A DNA stretch of 64,000 nucleotides from assembly GCA_963745235.1 (NCBI GenBank), contig CAVUXE010000037.1, positions 64,001 to 128,000 on the forward strand, read 5' to 3'. This DNA is from an uncultured Spirochaetota bacterium (GTDB lineage Bacteria > Spirochaetota > Spirochaetia > SZUA-6 > Fen-1364). This document shows, one piece after another, positions 43,001 through 52,943 of this stretch (the first letter of the stretch is position 1; the number at the start of each line of letters is the position of its first letter). The translations under genes were made by a program, and so were the position numbers. Below the pieces are notes generated by a model. The model saw only the letters and a list, made by a program, of their open reading frames with translations. It did not search any database and was not told the DNA's origin.

Positions 43001-43099
43001 ACCATCTTCACCCCGCTCCTGCTGCCTGTCGTCTACACGCTGATTGACGAGGCTCGCGCGGCAGTGCGCGGGAGGAAAGCCGGAGAAAAAGGACCATGA
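40007..43099 (+). CDS. RND efflux permease (AcrB/MdtB-like)
   Basis: 1030 aa; VRRP, GILVDDSIVILEN, KNGTLLID, RLRPILMTS. Confidence 0.95.
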   Translation: MNITELSVRRPTAILMGMLLIAGLGLVGYMNLGADLFPAVDTPIIVIRSTYAGAGAQQIDTDIVKPIEDAVSVVNGIDTMRSTSGVGFGYTIIQFTMATDLNAAQVDVQKAINGVVDKLPRDATRPVILTFDVNAQPILILAITGDVTPEQLYNQADTVTRAIEALPGVGSVTIDGGRKKELLVTLDREKLDYYSVSTQTLLATLQADNMNVPAGEIKQRSRDLTVRMLGEFASEQDVSNLRIPTATGSTVPLSEIAQVKLDYPDPVRSVRLDGKPAIGIVVRKQSNANLMDTANRVKQTLPSLRGSLLPGTRLTLASDATLFVTSSLDETRLNLLESIITTSLVLFLFLRRWRSSLIVLVAIPFSLVGTFFAMYTFHFTLNIVSLMALGLCIGILVDDSIVILENVDRHILLGEDSRTAAVRGRMEIGLAAVAITLCDVVVFAPIAFLSDIVGQFFRQFGVTVVAATLLSLLVSFTITPMMASRMLSAGKRAGPAPAGEQAGGGAFGRFFETGIKGGYRAFLQWCLANRWKVIISVAVLVAASIALLPLRVIQSEFLPTFDQSRLIVDLDLGPGATFSQVDEKTAIVERHLLSLPELETMYAGVGGATAGSKSEILVKLKDKSARRKSQSVLARELREWGRALPGVDFSVTEPGVLDRTSIEGTKPFIVNVTGPSPDVLQDLARVVEREVRAVRGTADVDNTMRATQGEVNVIVDRLAASDYGLTASDIASVMRAALAGADAGVYRHGGDEFDVTVRYREDQIRTPDDLATLSITNRLGQRVPLTQVARVVRSDSPQQVLRRNRQNVATITANIQGRPLGAITAEVKQRLGSLSLPLGYQIAYGGDTQYMATSFRSLAWALLASILLVYMILVVLYESFLTPMIRMLSIPCGVIGAFAALAITGKAINIFAFIGLIMLDGLISKNGTLLIDYTNTLVKRGMPLRKALLEAGVTRLRPILMTSATMIVGMMPLALSLGASSEIRSGMAVVLIGGLVTSTIFTPLLLPVVYTLIDEARAAVRGRKAGEKGP

Positions 43100-44322
43100 A
43101 AAACGCGATCGTCATCCCCGCCCTCGCCCTTGGCGCCCTGCTGCTGAACGGGTGCGCGCCGGCGCGCCAGGCAGCCCCGGAAACGCCGCGCAGTGTGACG
43201 GTTGCACCCGCTCGTCGCCAGTCCATGACCATCTCCCGGGAGTACGCTGCCAGGATACGGGCGCAAAAGGAGATCATGGTCAGCGCCAAGATCTCGGGCA
43301 GGGTCGCAAGCACGCGCGCCGACGTGGGCCAGCAGGTCAGGAAGGGCCAGGTGCTCTTTACGCTGGAGGCCAGGGATTTCGACGCGCAGTATCGCCAGGC
43401 AAAGGCCGCCCTGGAAAGCGCCCGGGCCAGCCTGACCCGTACCAGCGATTCCTCTCTTTCGTCCCAGGTCCTGCAGGCGCAGGCCTCCGTCCGCCAGGCC
43501 CAGGTGCAGTACGACGAGACCAGGGACCTCTTCGAGCGCACGAAGAAGATGTTCGACAACGGGACTGTCGCGCAGCAGCAGCTGGATTCGGCGCAGGCGC
43601 GATACCAGAGCGCGGAGATCGCGCTGAGCACGGCAAAAGACAACCTGTCCCTGATCCAGGAAAAAGGAGGACCGCAATCCACGGGGGTCGCATCCACCCA
43701 GGTGGAGCAGGCCCAGGCGGCGCTGGACCTGGCGCAGTCACAGCTTGACAGCACGGTTGTCGCCTCTCCCATCACCGGAACCGTGTCCACGCGAAACGTC
43801 GATGCGGGGGAGCTCGTTGCAAGCGGCGTGCCGGCGTTCGTCGTCATTGACTCAAGCTCCGTGACGGCAGAAGCGAGCGTGTCGCAGGACACCGTGGAAA
43901 AAATCCGCAGGGGAGAGAGAATCAGCGTTGCAGTGGATACCGCGAACGGATCCAGCCGCATGCAGGGAGTGGTGGACACCATCAGCCCCGCCGCTGATCC
44001 GCGCTCCCAGGGATACCTCATCAAGGTGTCCGTCAGCAACAACGACGGCCTGCTCAGGCCGGGCATGTTTGCCAGGGTCTCCTTTCCCGTGGAGGACAGG
44101 GCGAACGTCCTGGTTGTCCCGAATGGAGCCATTGTCACGGAAACGGGCATCGACTACGTGTACGAGGTGACGGATGGCGTGGTGAAAAAGACAGCGGTGG
44201 AAACCGGAATATCCACCGATGCGGTGACGGAGATCACCTCCGGGCTCGTGGAAGGGGCGCTTGTCGTGACGGAGGGGCAGACCTTCCTGACCGACGGGCA
44301 GAAAGTCACCCCGGTCCAATGA
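43096..44322 (+). CDS. RND periplasmic adaptor (membrane fusion lipoprotein)
   Basis: Lipobox LNGC, SGRV...DVGQQVRKGQ, coiled coil, SPITGTV, LRPGMF. Confidence 0.93.
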   Translation: MKNAIVIPALALGALLLNGCAPARQAAPETPRSVTVAPARRQSMTISREYAARIRAQKEIMVSAKISGRVASTRADVGQQVRKGQVLFTLEARDFDAQYRQAKAALESARASLTRTSDSSLSSQVLQAQASVRQAQVQYDETRDLFERTKKMFDNGTVAQQQLDSAQARYQSAEIALSTAKDNLSLIQEKGGPQSTGVASTQVEQAQAALDLAQSQLDSTVVASPITGTVSTRNVDAGELVASGVPAFVVIDSSSVTAEASVSQDTVEKIRRGERISVAVDTANGSSRMQGVVDTISPAADPRSQGYLIKVSVSNNDGLLRPGMFARVSFPVEDRANVLVVPNGAIVTETGIDYVYEVTDGVVKKTAVETGISTDAVTEITSGLVEGALVVTEGQTFLTDGQKVTPVQ

Positions 44323-44335
44323 TAAGATCCCCGGC

Positions 44336-45622
44336 ATGAAACGAAACGCCCTTGTCGCTCAGTCAGGCGGACCGTCGCCCGTCATCAACTCATCCCTCCA
44401 GGGGGTCATCGAGGCCTGCCGGGAGCATCCCGATCACATCGGGACCCTGTACGCGGCATGGCACGGGATCGAGGGGGTGCTCCTGGAAGAGCTCTTCGAC
44501 GCCGGCAGGCAGCGGCGCGCGGAAGTTGAGCTTCTGGGCACAACGCCAGCGGCGGGAGTGGTTGGCACCTGCCGGTACAAGCTGACACCCGAGCAGGCGG
44601 AGGACTTCGAGCGGATCATCGATGTCATCCGGGCTCACGACATCGGCTACTTCTTTTACATCGGGGGAAACGACTCCATGGACACCGCGGCAAAGGTGTC
44701 ACGGCTGGCCCGGGAGCGCGGCGTGGAGCTGGTGGTGGCAGGCGTGCCAAAGACCATCGACAACGACATCGGAGACCCTGAGTTCAAGATCATCGACCAC
44801 ACGCCCGGTTACGGCAGCGCGGCTCGGTACTGGGCCTCCCTCATCCAGAACATCGAAGAAGAGAACCGCGGCATGTGCGTCTCCGAGCCGGTTGCCGTGC
44901 TGCAGGCCATGGGCAGGAAGTCCGGCTTCATCACCGCCGCCTCCCGCCTGGGCGATCCCGAGCGCCGCATGCCGCTGCAGCTTTACATGGCGGAGACCGG
45001 GCACAGCCTTGCATCACTCCATGAGAACGTGAACAGGGAGCTTGCAAAGACCGGCCGCTGCATTGTCGTGGTCAACGAGGGTTTCGACGTTGGCGGAGTC
45101 GGGGAAAGACACGACGGGTTCGGTCATGTCGAGTACGGGGCCAGCCGAACCACGGCGGCCCAGGCGGTGGTCAACTACCTGAACGAGAAGGGGCTTGCGG
45201 TTCGCGGCCAGGCCACCGGGCAGCTGCCCGGCGTCATCCAGAGGTCCGTCTCCATCCACGCGTCCACGGTGGACATTTCCGAGGCGCGGGAAGTGGGCCG
45301 GGAGGCTGTCGCCGTTGCGCTGCGGGACGGCACGGGCTGGATGGCCACCATCCTGCGAAAGCCGGGCAGCTCCTACGGCGTGCGATACGACAAGGTGGCG
45401 CTGGAAAAGGTTGCCAATTCGTCCCGGTTCATGCCTCCGCAGTGGATCGCGAAGGACGGGCTGGATGTCACCGACGATTTTCTGCGCTACGCCGCGCCGC
45501 TGATCGGGGAGACGGATCCGCTGATCCCGCGGGAGAACGGCTTGCAGAGGTTCGCGCGGTTTGAGATCACGTTCATCGAGAAGAAGCTTCCCGCATACGT
45601 TCCGGTGAGGTTCCGCGTCTGA
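44336..45622 (+). CDS. pfp: PPi-dependent phosphofructokinase
   Basis: QSGGP, IGGNDS (Asp at the donor-specifying position), PKTIDND, MGR. Confidence 0.85.
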   Translation: MKRNALVAQSGGPSPVINSSLQGVIEACREHPDHIGTLYAAWHGIEGVLLEELFDAGRQRRAEVELLGTTPAAGVVGTCRYKLTPEQAEDFERIIDVIRAHDIGYFFYIGGNDSMDTAAKVSRLARERGVELVVAGVPKTIDNDIGDPEFKIIDHTPGYGSAARYWASLIQNIEEENRGMCVSEPVAVLQAMGRKSGFITAASRLGDPERRMPLQLYMAETGHSLASLHENVNRELAKTGRCIVVVNEGFDVGGVGERHDGFGHVEYGASRTTAAQAVVNYLNEKGLAVRGQATGQLPGVIQRSVSIHASTVDISEAREVGREAVAVALRDGTGWMATILRKPGSSYGVRYDKVALEKVANSSRFMPPQWIAKDGLDVTDDFLRYAAPLIGETDPLIPRENGLQRFARFEITFIEKKLPAYVPVRFRV

Positions 45623-45634
45623 GAGCGGCCCCCG

Positions 45635-46417
45635 TCACCACACGCAGTAGCCGCCGTCAATGACGATATCCGAGCCGGTCATGTAGTCCGACGCCTCGCT
45701 TGCCAGGTACACCACCGCTCCCTGGAGGTCGGACACCTCGGCCATGCGATGCATGGGGATCAACGGCATCCACGTCTCCATCATCTTCTTTCCCTCCGGA
45801 GTGGACACCAGCTTCTCCACGAGGGCGGTTCTCGTGTAGCCCGGGCTGATGGAGTTCACCCGTATCCCATCCCCCGCCCACTCCGCGGCAAGGCTCCTGG
45901 TCATATGAATGACGCCTGCCTTGGAGACGTTGTAAGGGGTCTGGTTCTGGGGCGTGTTGACGATGTGGCCGGACATGGAGGCGGTGTTGATGATCTTCCC
46001 GTAGCGGGTCTTCCTCATTTCCCCGGCCTCGACCTGCGAGCAGTACAGGACGGCATCCAGGTTCAGGCGCATCACTTTCTGCCAGATCTCCTCTGTGATG
46101 TCGGCCGCATCCACCCACTGCCCGATTCCCGCATTGTTGACCCCGATGGTGAGCTTTCCCCACTTCTTCACCACGGCATCCACGACTCGCTGCACCTCGG
46201 CCTTCTTTGTCACGTCCGCAGTCAGGGCAAGGGCATCCACGCCCTTCGCTGAGAGCTCTTCGGTCACCTCATGGGCGTGCTTCTCCGATACGTCCACCAC
46301 GGCCACCGCCGCCCCTGCCTCGCCAAGCGCGTGGGCGTATCCACGTCCAATGCCCTGGCCGGCCCCCGTGACCAGCGCCACCCGGCCCGTGAGCCCGAAC
46401 CTGTCCAGGATTGCCAT
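45635..46417 (-). CDS. SDR polyol/sugar oxidoreductase
   Basis: [26 protein letters not shown]. Confidence 0.9.
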   Translation of the reverse strand: MAILDRFGLTGRVALVTGAGQGIGRGYAHALGEAGAAVAVVDVSEKHAHEVTEELSAKGVDALALTADVTKKAEVQRVVDAVVKKWGKLTIGVNNAGIGQWVDAADITEEIWQKVMRLNLDAVLYCSQVEAGEMRKTRYGKIINTASMSGHIVNTPQNQTPYNVSKAGVIHMTRSLAAEWAGDGIRVNSISPGYTRTALVEKLVSTPEGKKMMETWMPLIPMHRMAEVSDLQGAVVYLASEASDYMTGSDIVIDGGYCVW

Positions 46418-46429
46418 GCCCCGCCTCCT

Positions 46430-47436
46430 TCAGACTTTCTCATCGTTGGGAAAAATCATGACCTTCATGGCGTTCTCCCCCCTGTCCTCGATCTTCCTGA
46501 TCCCCGCCTCCAGGCTGTCCAGGGGCATGCGGTGCGACACGAGGTCATCGACGCGCACCTTGCCGGAGCCGATGAGGGCAAGCGCCTGCAGGCTGTTCCT
46601 GCGGGACGTGTACGAGGCGAATATCGACAGCCCTTTGCGGAAGACCTGGAACGGCTCTATTGTCGCCGCCTTCCCCTGGGGTGAGACGCCGAACATCAAC
46701 ACCCGGCCGCCGGGGCGCGCCATTCGGATGGCCTGGGAAAGCATGGGGGGAGCGCCGGTTGCGTCGATCACGATGTCGAACCTGTCAGAGGGAAGGGACG
46801 CAACGTCCCTGGTTGCTTCCGCCACGCCGTCACGACGCGCCGCTGCAAGTCTTTCCTCGCTCAGGTCCGCCACGGTGAACCGGGTCGCCCCCCGGCGCGC
46901 GCGGTCCTGATCAGGAGCATCCCGATGGGACCGGTTCCGATGACAGCCACGTTGTCCCCGAGCCGGATGCCGGCGGATTCTATGCCGTGCAGGACGCAGG
47001 AAAGGGGCTCCATGAAGGCGGCCTGGTCGAACGGGATGTCTCCCGCGTCGAAGACCACTTTTTCAGGAGCAAGGACGAACTGCGCCATGGCGCCCGGGCG
47101 GGTGACGCCGACAGCCTGCCAGTTCTCGCAGAAGTTCTGCCTGTTGTTCAGGCACGCAGTGCAGTTGTCGCAGGAGATGTTGGGCTCAACGGAAACACGG
47201 GAGCCGGGAGCGAAACGGCTGACCTTGTCCCCGACGGCAACCACCACTCCGGAGAACTCGTGCCCCGGGGTCATGGGATAGGACCCCAGGTATTCGCCGT
47301 GGAAGATATGGACGTCAGTGCCGCAAATGCCGCTGGCCATGACCTTCACCACCAGCTCGTCCGGCCGCGTCGGCCGGGGGACCTCCACGTCCCGCACGCT
47401 GATGGAAAGCGGCTTTTCGATGATCGCTGCCTTCAT
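46430..47436 (-). CDS. Zn-dependent polyol dehydrogenase (sorbitol dehydrogenase-like), frameshift near 46885
   Basis: GICGTD, GHEFSG, CDNCTAC...C, EPLSC, GTGPIG. Confidence 0.9.
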
Positions 47437-47444
47437 GATTCCTC

Positions 47445-48269
47445 CTATCCTTTCACGGCCCCCATGGTCAGGCCTTTCACCAGGGACCTCTGGGCCAGCC
47501 AGCCCAGGATCATCGGCGGAAGGACGACGAGGGTCGAGATTGCGCACAGCTTGGCCCAGAACAGTCCCTGCTGGGTCATGAAGCTCGCCATGTAGACGGG
47601 CACCGGAGCGGCATTCACATAGGTCAGGTTGATGGAGAAGAAGAACTCGTTCCACACGAAGATGAACACGAGGAGCCCCGTGGAGACGATCCCCTGGCGC
47701 GCCAGGGGCAGGATGATGCTGAAGAAGGAGCGCAGGCGCGAGGAGCCGTCCATGTCGGATGACTCCAGGATCTCCCGCGGCACGTCCAGGAGGAATGACC
47801 TGGTCATCCAGATGACAATGGGGACGTTGACGCCCGTGTAGATGAGGATCATGCCGCCCAGGGTGTCCAGGAGGCCGGTGATCCGAAACAGCAGAAAAAC
47901 GGGGACAATCACCGCAACCGGCGGGAGCAGAGTCGTCGAGAGGAACCAGAAGTAGAGGTTGTCGGAGTTGCGCAGCCCTCCGAACACCAGCGCGTAGGCA
48001 ACGGGCACGCCGAAAACCAGGCACGCGGCCACGGCGGTGACGGAGATGACGGCGGAGTCCAGGATATAACGCACGATCTCGTGCTGGAGGACCGTTGCGT
48101 AGTTTTCCAGCGTCGGGTGGGCAATCCACAACGAGGGGGGGAGAACGTCCGCCTCCCCCTTGAAGCTCGTGATGAGCATGTACAGGAGCGGGAAGCACCA
48201 CAGGATGGCCGCCAGCCAGATGAGCGCGATTCCTGGAGCCCGACGCAGTGCCCGTGATCCAGGGCTCAT
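47445..48269 (-). CDS. carbohydrate (polyol) ABC permease, MalG/SmoG-like
   Basis: EILESSDMDG loop, IFVWNEFF, GLFWAKL, GLTMGAVKG. Confidence 0.92.
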   Translation of the reverse strand: MSPGSRALRRAPGIALIWLAAILWCFPLLYMLITSFKGEADVLPPSLWIAHPTLENYATVLQHEIVRYILDSAVISVTAVAACLVFGVPVAYALVFGGLRNSDNLYFWFLSTTLLPPVAVIVPVFLLFRITGLLDTLGGMILIYTGVNVPIVIWMTRSFLLDVPREILESSDMDGSSRLRSFFSIILPLARQGIVSTGLLVFIFVWNEFFFSINLTYVNAAPVPVYMASFMTQQGLFWAKLCAISTLVVLPPMILGWLAQRSLVKGLTMGAVKG

Positions 48270-49150
48270 CAGGCGGCCTCCGTGACCCGACGGCGGAACC
48301 AGCGGAACAACGCCATGATGGCCAGCAGCGTGACGACAACGGTCACCACGGCAACCGCGGCCGCGTGGCCGACGTCCCATCCGAGGAACGCGGTCCTGTA
48401 CACGTAATAGGGCAGATTCGACGATGAGTACCCCGGCCCTCCCCTGGTTGTCACGAAAATGAGACCGAACACCTTCAGCACGAAGATGAGCCCCAGGAGG
48501 ACGGCCACCTCGATGTGGTTCATGATCACGGGGAGCCTGATGAAGAGCAATTCGCGAAGCCAGCCCGTCCCGTCCACCCGGGCGCTGTCCATGATCTCCG
48601 GCTCGATGTTCTGGAACCCCGCCAGGATGATCAGCACGAAGAACGGCGTCCACTGCCAGACAATCAGGATGACGATGGTGAGGAGGGAATGGACGCCGAA
48701 GAAGTCGAACGGCTTGACGCCGAACAGGGTGGCAAAGTAGCCGTTCCAGCCGAAGGAGGAATTGAGGATGATGGTGCGCCACACGATCCCCGCCACGGCA
48801 TCCATCACGAAGAACGGAGAGATGATCAGGGTGCGCACGATATTCACCCCCGGGAAATCACGGTTCAGCATGAGACCGAAGAGGATCCCCAGGACGGTGC
48901 AGATGGCAAGGGAGGCGACCGTGATCACCACCGTGTTGAGAACGACCTCGTAGAAGTCCCGGGAGGTGAAGATATCCGCGTAGTTGTCCAGGCCGATGAA
49001 GGTGATTCCGAGGTCCGGCCGCACCACGATCCATCGCACAAGGGACAAACCCAGCGTGGCCAGAATGGGAGCCTGGGTGACAACCGCCACGACGATGATT
49101 GCCGGAAGCGAGAGGAGCATCGATCTGCGTCGTCTCAACTCGTCGTGCAT
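48269..49150 (-). CDS. carbohydrate (polyol) ABC permease, MalF/SmoF-like
   Basis: WQWTPFF, DSARVDG, TTRGGPG. Confidence 0.92.
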   Translation of the reverse strand: MHDELRRRRSMLLSLPAIIVVAVVTQAPILATLGLSLVRWIVVRPDLGITFIGLDNYADIFTSRDFYEVVLNTVVITVASLAICTVLGILFGLMLNRDFPGVNIVRTLIISPFFVMDAVAGIVWRTIILNSSFGWNGYFATLFGVKPFDFFGVHSLLTIVILIVWQWTPFFVLIILAGFQNIEPEIMDSARVDGTGWLRELLFIRLPVIMNHIEVAVLLGLIFVLKVFGLIFVTTRGGPGYSSSNLPYYVYRTAFLGWDVGHAAAVAVVTVVVTLLAIMALFRWFRRRVTEAA

Positions 49151-49178
49151 TGCTGTCCTCGGGGACCACGGCAGGCGG

Positions 49179-50564
49179 TCACTGGGTGTGCGACGCGGGC
49201 GGCCGTTCCTTGAGGTAGCCGCCGTCGCGGGCCACCTTCAGCGCCGCCGCCTGGGAATCAGCCAGGGCCTGCTCCAGGGGCTTCTGCCCGGAGATGTATG
49301 CGGCAAGCTGCTGGGACACCGCCTCCCCCAGGCTCTGGAACTCGGGAATGGACACGTATTGTATTCCCTTGTACGGCACGGGCAGGAGCGTCGGCCGCTC
49401 GTAGTCGGCATCCTGGATGGAGCGGAGCACCATGCCGGCAAAGGGAGCGGCCGCCTGGTAGTCGGGGTTGCTGTACGTGGAGGCCCTGGTCCCGGGAGGC
49501 ACCTGGGCCCACCCGACCCTCCTGCCCACGAGGGTGATGTACTTCCTGTCCGTTGCCCACGTGATGAAGCGGAAGGCCTCGGCCGGGTGCCGTGAGGATG
49601 ACTCGATGCCCAGGGACCATGCCCAGAGCCAGCCCGTGTTGCCCCGCCGCGCGGAAGGGGCAAGAGCATAGCCGATGCGGCCGGCCACTTTCGAGTCGGG
49701 TGCCTCCAGCGCGCTTGCCGACACGGTTGCGTCGTACCAGAGCGCGGCCTTGCCGCTCTGCATGATGGCGAGGCATTCGGTGTATCCGTCCGTGGTCGGG
49801 TTGGGCTCCCCCGCGTCGTTCAGAAGCCGCTTGTAGAACCGCCATGCCTCAGCCATGGCGGGCTCGCCGAATGCCGGTCTCCAGCTCTCGTCGAACCAGC
49901 GGCCGCCGAAAGCATTGACGACAGTATTGAACGGAGCGAGCGCCTCCCCCCACCCCGGCAGCCCGCGCAGCACGATGCCGTAGCAGCCGTCAAGACCCCG
50001 CAGCTTCACCGCAAAATCATGGATCTGCTTCCATGTCGGTTCCCGCGGCATCGTGAGCCCCGCCCTGGCGAAAAGATCCTTGCGGTAGAACACCATGCTG
50101 CTCTCCCCGTAGAAGGGCAGCGCGAACTGCTCCCCGTTGTACGACAGGGCGGCCCGAATGGTCGGCAGGATGTCCTCCCGCGCATAGGCATCCCGGTTCG
50201 CCGCGCTCATGCGGGCAAACAGCGGCTCCAGGGAAATGAGCCAACGGTTCTTCCCCCAGATCGGCGTGTCATAGGTGCCGATTGTCACCACGTCATACCT
50301 GCCCGAGCCCAGGCCCACGTCCTCGGTGACCTTCTGACGCAGCTCGTTTTCCGGCAGGACCACGAAGCTGAGCTGGATGCCCGTGGCGGCGGTGAACTCC
50401 CCTGACAGTCTCTGCATGATCCCCATGTCGGGATTGTTCACCGTGGCCACGGTGAGCCGCACTGGCGTGGCGCCCTCCCGCGCGCCGGCGGCAAATGCGC
50501 CGCGGTGCGTCGCGAGAGAGCAGGCGAGCAGGAGAACTGCTTTGCACACGGCTGACCTTGTCAT
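49179..50564 (-). CDS. polyol ABC substrate-binding protein (SmoE/MtlE-like), copy 1
   Basis: ATVNNPDM, LPENELRQKVT.D, IGTYDTPIWG, LPFYGESS, LRGLPGWGE, WLWAW, IPEFQ. Confidence 0.92.
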   Translation of the reverse strand: MTRSAVCKAVLLLACSLATHRGAFAAGAREGATPVRLTVATVNNPDMGIMQRLSGEFTAATGIQLSFVVLPENELRQKVTEDVGLGSGRYDVVTIGTYDTPIWGKNRWLISLEPLFARMSAANRDAYAREDILPTIRAALSYNGEQFALPFYGESSMVFYRKDLFARAGLTMPREPTWKQIHDFAVKLRGLDGCYGIVLRGLPGWGEALAPFNTVVNAFGGRWFDESWRPAFGEPAMAEAWRFYKRLLNDAGEPNPTTDGYTECLAIMQSGKAALWYDATVSASALEAPDSKVAGRIGYALAPSARRGNTGWLWAWSLGIESSSRHPAEAFRFITWATDRKYITLVGRRVGWAQVPPGTRASTYSNPDYQAAAPFAGMVLRSIQDADYERPTLLPVPYKGIQYVSIPEFQSLGEAVSQQLAAYISGQKPLEQALADSQAAALKVARDGGYLKERPPASHTQ

Positions 50565-50603
50565 TTCGGCTGGCTCATCCTACCGCGTGGGCAACGCCGT
50601 AAG

Positions 50604-50646
50604 GAAGTTACCCCGGTACTACCGGGTGAAGGAATAGTACTAGTAC
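50604..50646 (-). promoter_or_regulatory. 43-bp upstream box, copy 1 (putative NarL-type regulator site)
   Basis: Minus strand gtactagtactattccttcacccggtagtaccggggtaacttc; aligns without gaps to 52776-52818. Confidence 0.7.
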
Positions 50647-50814
50647 GAGAGTACTCGTTCGGCGGGTACGCGGTACGAGAGTACTTGTTCGAACGGCGGG
50701 GCCCGCTTCGCGGGTAGGGACCGTTCGTACGAGAGTACTCGTTCGGCGAGTACGCGGTACGAGAGTACTCGTTCGAACGGCGGGGCGCGCTTCGCGGGTA
50801 GGGACCGTTCGTAC
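50643..50814. repeat. 2 x 84-bp tandem repeat containing 4 copies of GTACGAGAGTACTYGTTCG and hairpins
   Basis: Units start at 50643 and 50727 and differ by 3 substitutions; cores at 50643, 50673, 50727 and 50757. Confidence 0.95.
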
Positions 50815-50817
50815 TTT

Positions 50818-51513
50818 TCAGGGGTCGGTCCCGAAGTATTCCTTCAGGGAGTTCGCGAGCTTCATTGCCTGCATGCGGTTGTGGACATGAAGCTTGGAGT
50901 AGATGACGCTCACGTGGTTCTTGACCGTCTGCTCCGCTATGGAAAGTTTTCTGGCGATGTGGGCATTGTCAGCTCCCGTGCCGATGAGCCGCAGAATCTC
51001 GATTTCCCGCCTGCTCAGGTAGCGAAGGAAAGAGCCCTCGGAGACGGGTCGGGGCCGCGCCTCGGCGCCCTCATCCGCCTTCGCTTCCCCCTCGCGGATC
51101 CTCAGGAGCTTGTTCGCCACCTGGGGGGAGATGATGATGGAGCCCCTGCACACCGCTCGCAGGGATACGATGAGGTCCGCGGGAGGGATGTCTTTCAGCA
51201 TGTAGCCCGCCGCGCCGTGGTTCAGCGCCTCGACGACGTATTCATCATCATCGAAGGTGGTGAGCATCAGGACATGGATGTCGGGATAGGTCTCATGGAT
51301 GATCTTTGTCGCCTCCACGCCGTCCATCTCCGGCATGCGCACGTCCATGAGGATGATGTCAGGGTGCTTCTCCATGACCAGCTGGATCGCCTCGCGGCCG
51401 CTCCGGGCCACCCCCACCACCTCGAAGTCTTCGGCCCGCGTTTCCAGCACCGTCCGCAGGCTCTCCACGAAGAGCACCTGGTCATCCGCCAGGAGGACCC
51501 GGATCTTGCTCAC
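50818..51513 (-). CDS. NarL/LuxR-family response regulator
   Basis: [26 protein letters not shown]; LSRREIEIL...[17 protein letters not shown]. Confidence 0.94.
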   Translation of the reverse strand: MSKIRVLLADDQVLFVESLRTVLETRAEDFEVVGVARSGREAIQLVMEKHPDIILMDVRMPEMDGVEATKIIHETYPDIHVLMLTTFDDDEYVVEALNHGAAGYMLKDIPPADLIVSLRAVCRGSIIISPQVANKLLRIREGEAKADEGAEARPRPVSEGSFLRYLSRREIEILRLIGTGADNAHIARKLSIAEQTVKNHVSVIYSKLHVHNRMQAMKLANSLKEYFGTDP

Positions 51514-52742
51514 GCCCGCTCCTCCTGACCAAGGGGGATCTCGCTGGAGACGAGGAAGCCGAATGCCGTGTTCTCGGCCTTCAGGGCGCCGCCGACGTGC
51601 GCAAGTCGCTCCGCCATGCCGGACAGCCCGATCCCGGGGACGATCTCCTTCGACCCCACGCCGTTGTCCGCGATGCTCAGGCGAAGCGCCCTCTCCACTA
51701 CCCAGAAGCTGACGGAGATCTCCGTGGCGTTTCCATGACGCAAGGCGTTGGTAAGAGATTCCTGGACTGTCCGGTACACGACGTCGTCGATGCGCGGTCC
51801 AAAGCTCTCGGGAGAGTTGCCGAAGTTCAGCCTCACCCTTACCTTCGTGGCCCTCTCGAAAATCCGCGCCACCTCGACCACCCTGCTCAGTCCGTTCGTC
51901 CTGACCGCGGTGACGGCGCGGAGGTTCCGCATGGCCCGCCGGGTCTCCAGGAGACCGCGCTGGGCCTGGTCGCGCGACTTCACCAGGAGCTCCCCCAGTC
52001 CAGCGCCGTCCCGGCTGACGAGGTCAGTGGCGGCCTCCATCATCATCTGGATGTTCGTCAGGGTGTAGCCGACGATGTCGTGGATCTCCCTCGTGATCCG
52101 CCGTCGCTCCTGCTCTTCAGTCTCCCGCTGCACGCGGGTGGCCAGCTCCTGGAAATCGAGGTTCGCTTCCGAAAGGGCACGCACTGTCCTGTCTATCCGG
52201 AGAAGCTCATCGTTCTGCCTCCGGATCTGCTGACCCCTGCTGCCCACCAGGCCAACCAGCCAGGTGAGAAAGAGGAGGTACATCCCGAGGAGGGCAGAAC
52301 CGAGAAGCGGCGCGCCGGCAACCGGGGTTCCCCACGCCACCAGGGGCCAATGGCTTGCGGAGACTGCCGCCGCATACACGAGGCAAAGGAGGGTGGCAAC
52401 CATGCCTTCCACTTCAGTCATTGCAAGGAAGATGAAGACGGTGCCGAGCACGACGTCCAGGATGAGGTCAGGTCCCTGCGGAATGCCCAGCACGATCTCG
52501 ATGAGCATTGCGAAAGTGAGCAGCGTGATCCGGTGCGAGCTCCTGCGGGTGCCCGGCATGACCAGGAGCAGCAGCGTGCACGCGGAAAGAAGGGCGTAGA
52601 ACTGGGGAAGCCAGACGGGCCTGATTGACGGGTTGCGAAAGGAAAGGAAAAAGACAAGACCCGCAACGCAATGGCCGGCGAGGGTCGTAACGAGGCTGGG
52701 AGCGCGTACGGCCATCCACATCCGTGTTTGCATGCGGTACAC
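51510..52742 (-). CDS. membrane sensor kinase, HisKA_3 family (start codon uncertain)
   Basis: About 6 TMs; ERRRITREIHDIVGY, QESLTNALRHG, DNGVG, GIGLSGMAER. Confidence 0.92.
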   Translation of the reverse strand: MYRMQTRMWMAVRAPSLVTTLAGHCVAGLVFFLSFRNPSIRPVWLPQFYALLSACTLLLLVMPGTRRSSHRITLLTFAMLIEIVLGIPQGPDLILDVVLGTVFIFLAMTEVEGMVATLLCLVYAAAVSASHWPLVAWGTPVAGAPLLGSALLGMYLLFLTWLVGLVGSRGQQIRRQNDELLRIDRTVRALSEANLDFQELATRVQRETEEQERRRITREIHDIVGYTLTNIQMMMEAATDLVSRDGAGLGELLVKSRDQAQRGLLETRRAMRNLRAVTAVRTNGLSRVVEVARIFERATKVRVRLNFGNSPESFGPRIDDVVYRTVQESLTNALRHGNATEISVSFWVVERALRLSIADNGVGSKEIVPGIGLSGMAERLAHVGGALKAENTAFGFLVSSEIPLGQEERA

Positions 52743-52775
52743 AGGTCCGTCGGGGGTGAGGATACCACAGCGCTG

Positions 52776-52818
52776 GTACTAGTACAATTCCTGACATTTT
52801 CAGTACCCGGGTAACTTC
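52776..52818 (+). promoter_or_regulatory. 43-bp upstream box, copy 2
   Basis: gtactagtacaattcctgacattttcagtacccgggtaacttc, upstream of the second SBP gene. Confidence 0.7.
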
Positions 52819-52943
52819 TAACCAGCCCGAAACCATGAAAGTATGGAGGGAGAGACACTGTGGAAGGAGGTGATGATTCGCTTTTCCCGGTGTCGGGCGC
52901 GGCCATGCGCTCGACTGGCAAATCTTCAAAGAAGGGAGTCAAC

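Noticed and set aside
50643-50814. CRISPR mini-array
   Set aside because: The core is only 19 bp, the intervening sequences are unequal (11 and 35 bp) and themselves duplicated, and there are no cas genes.
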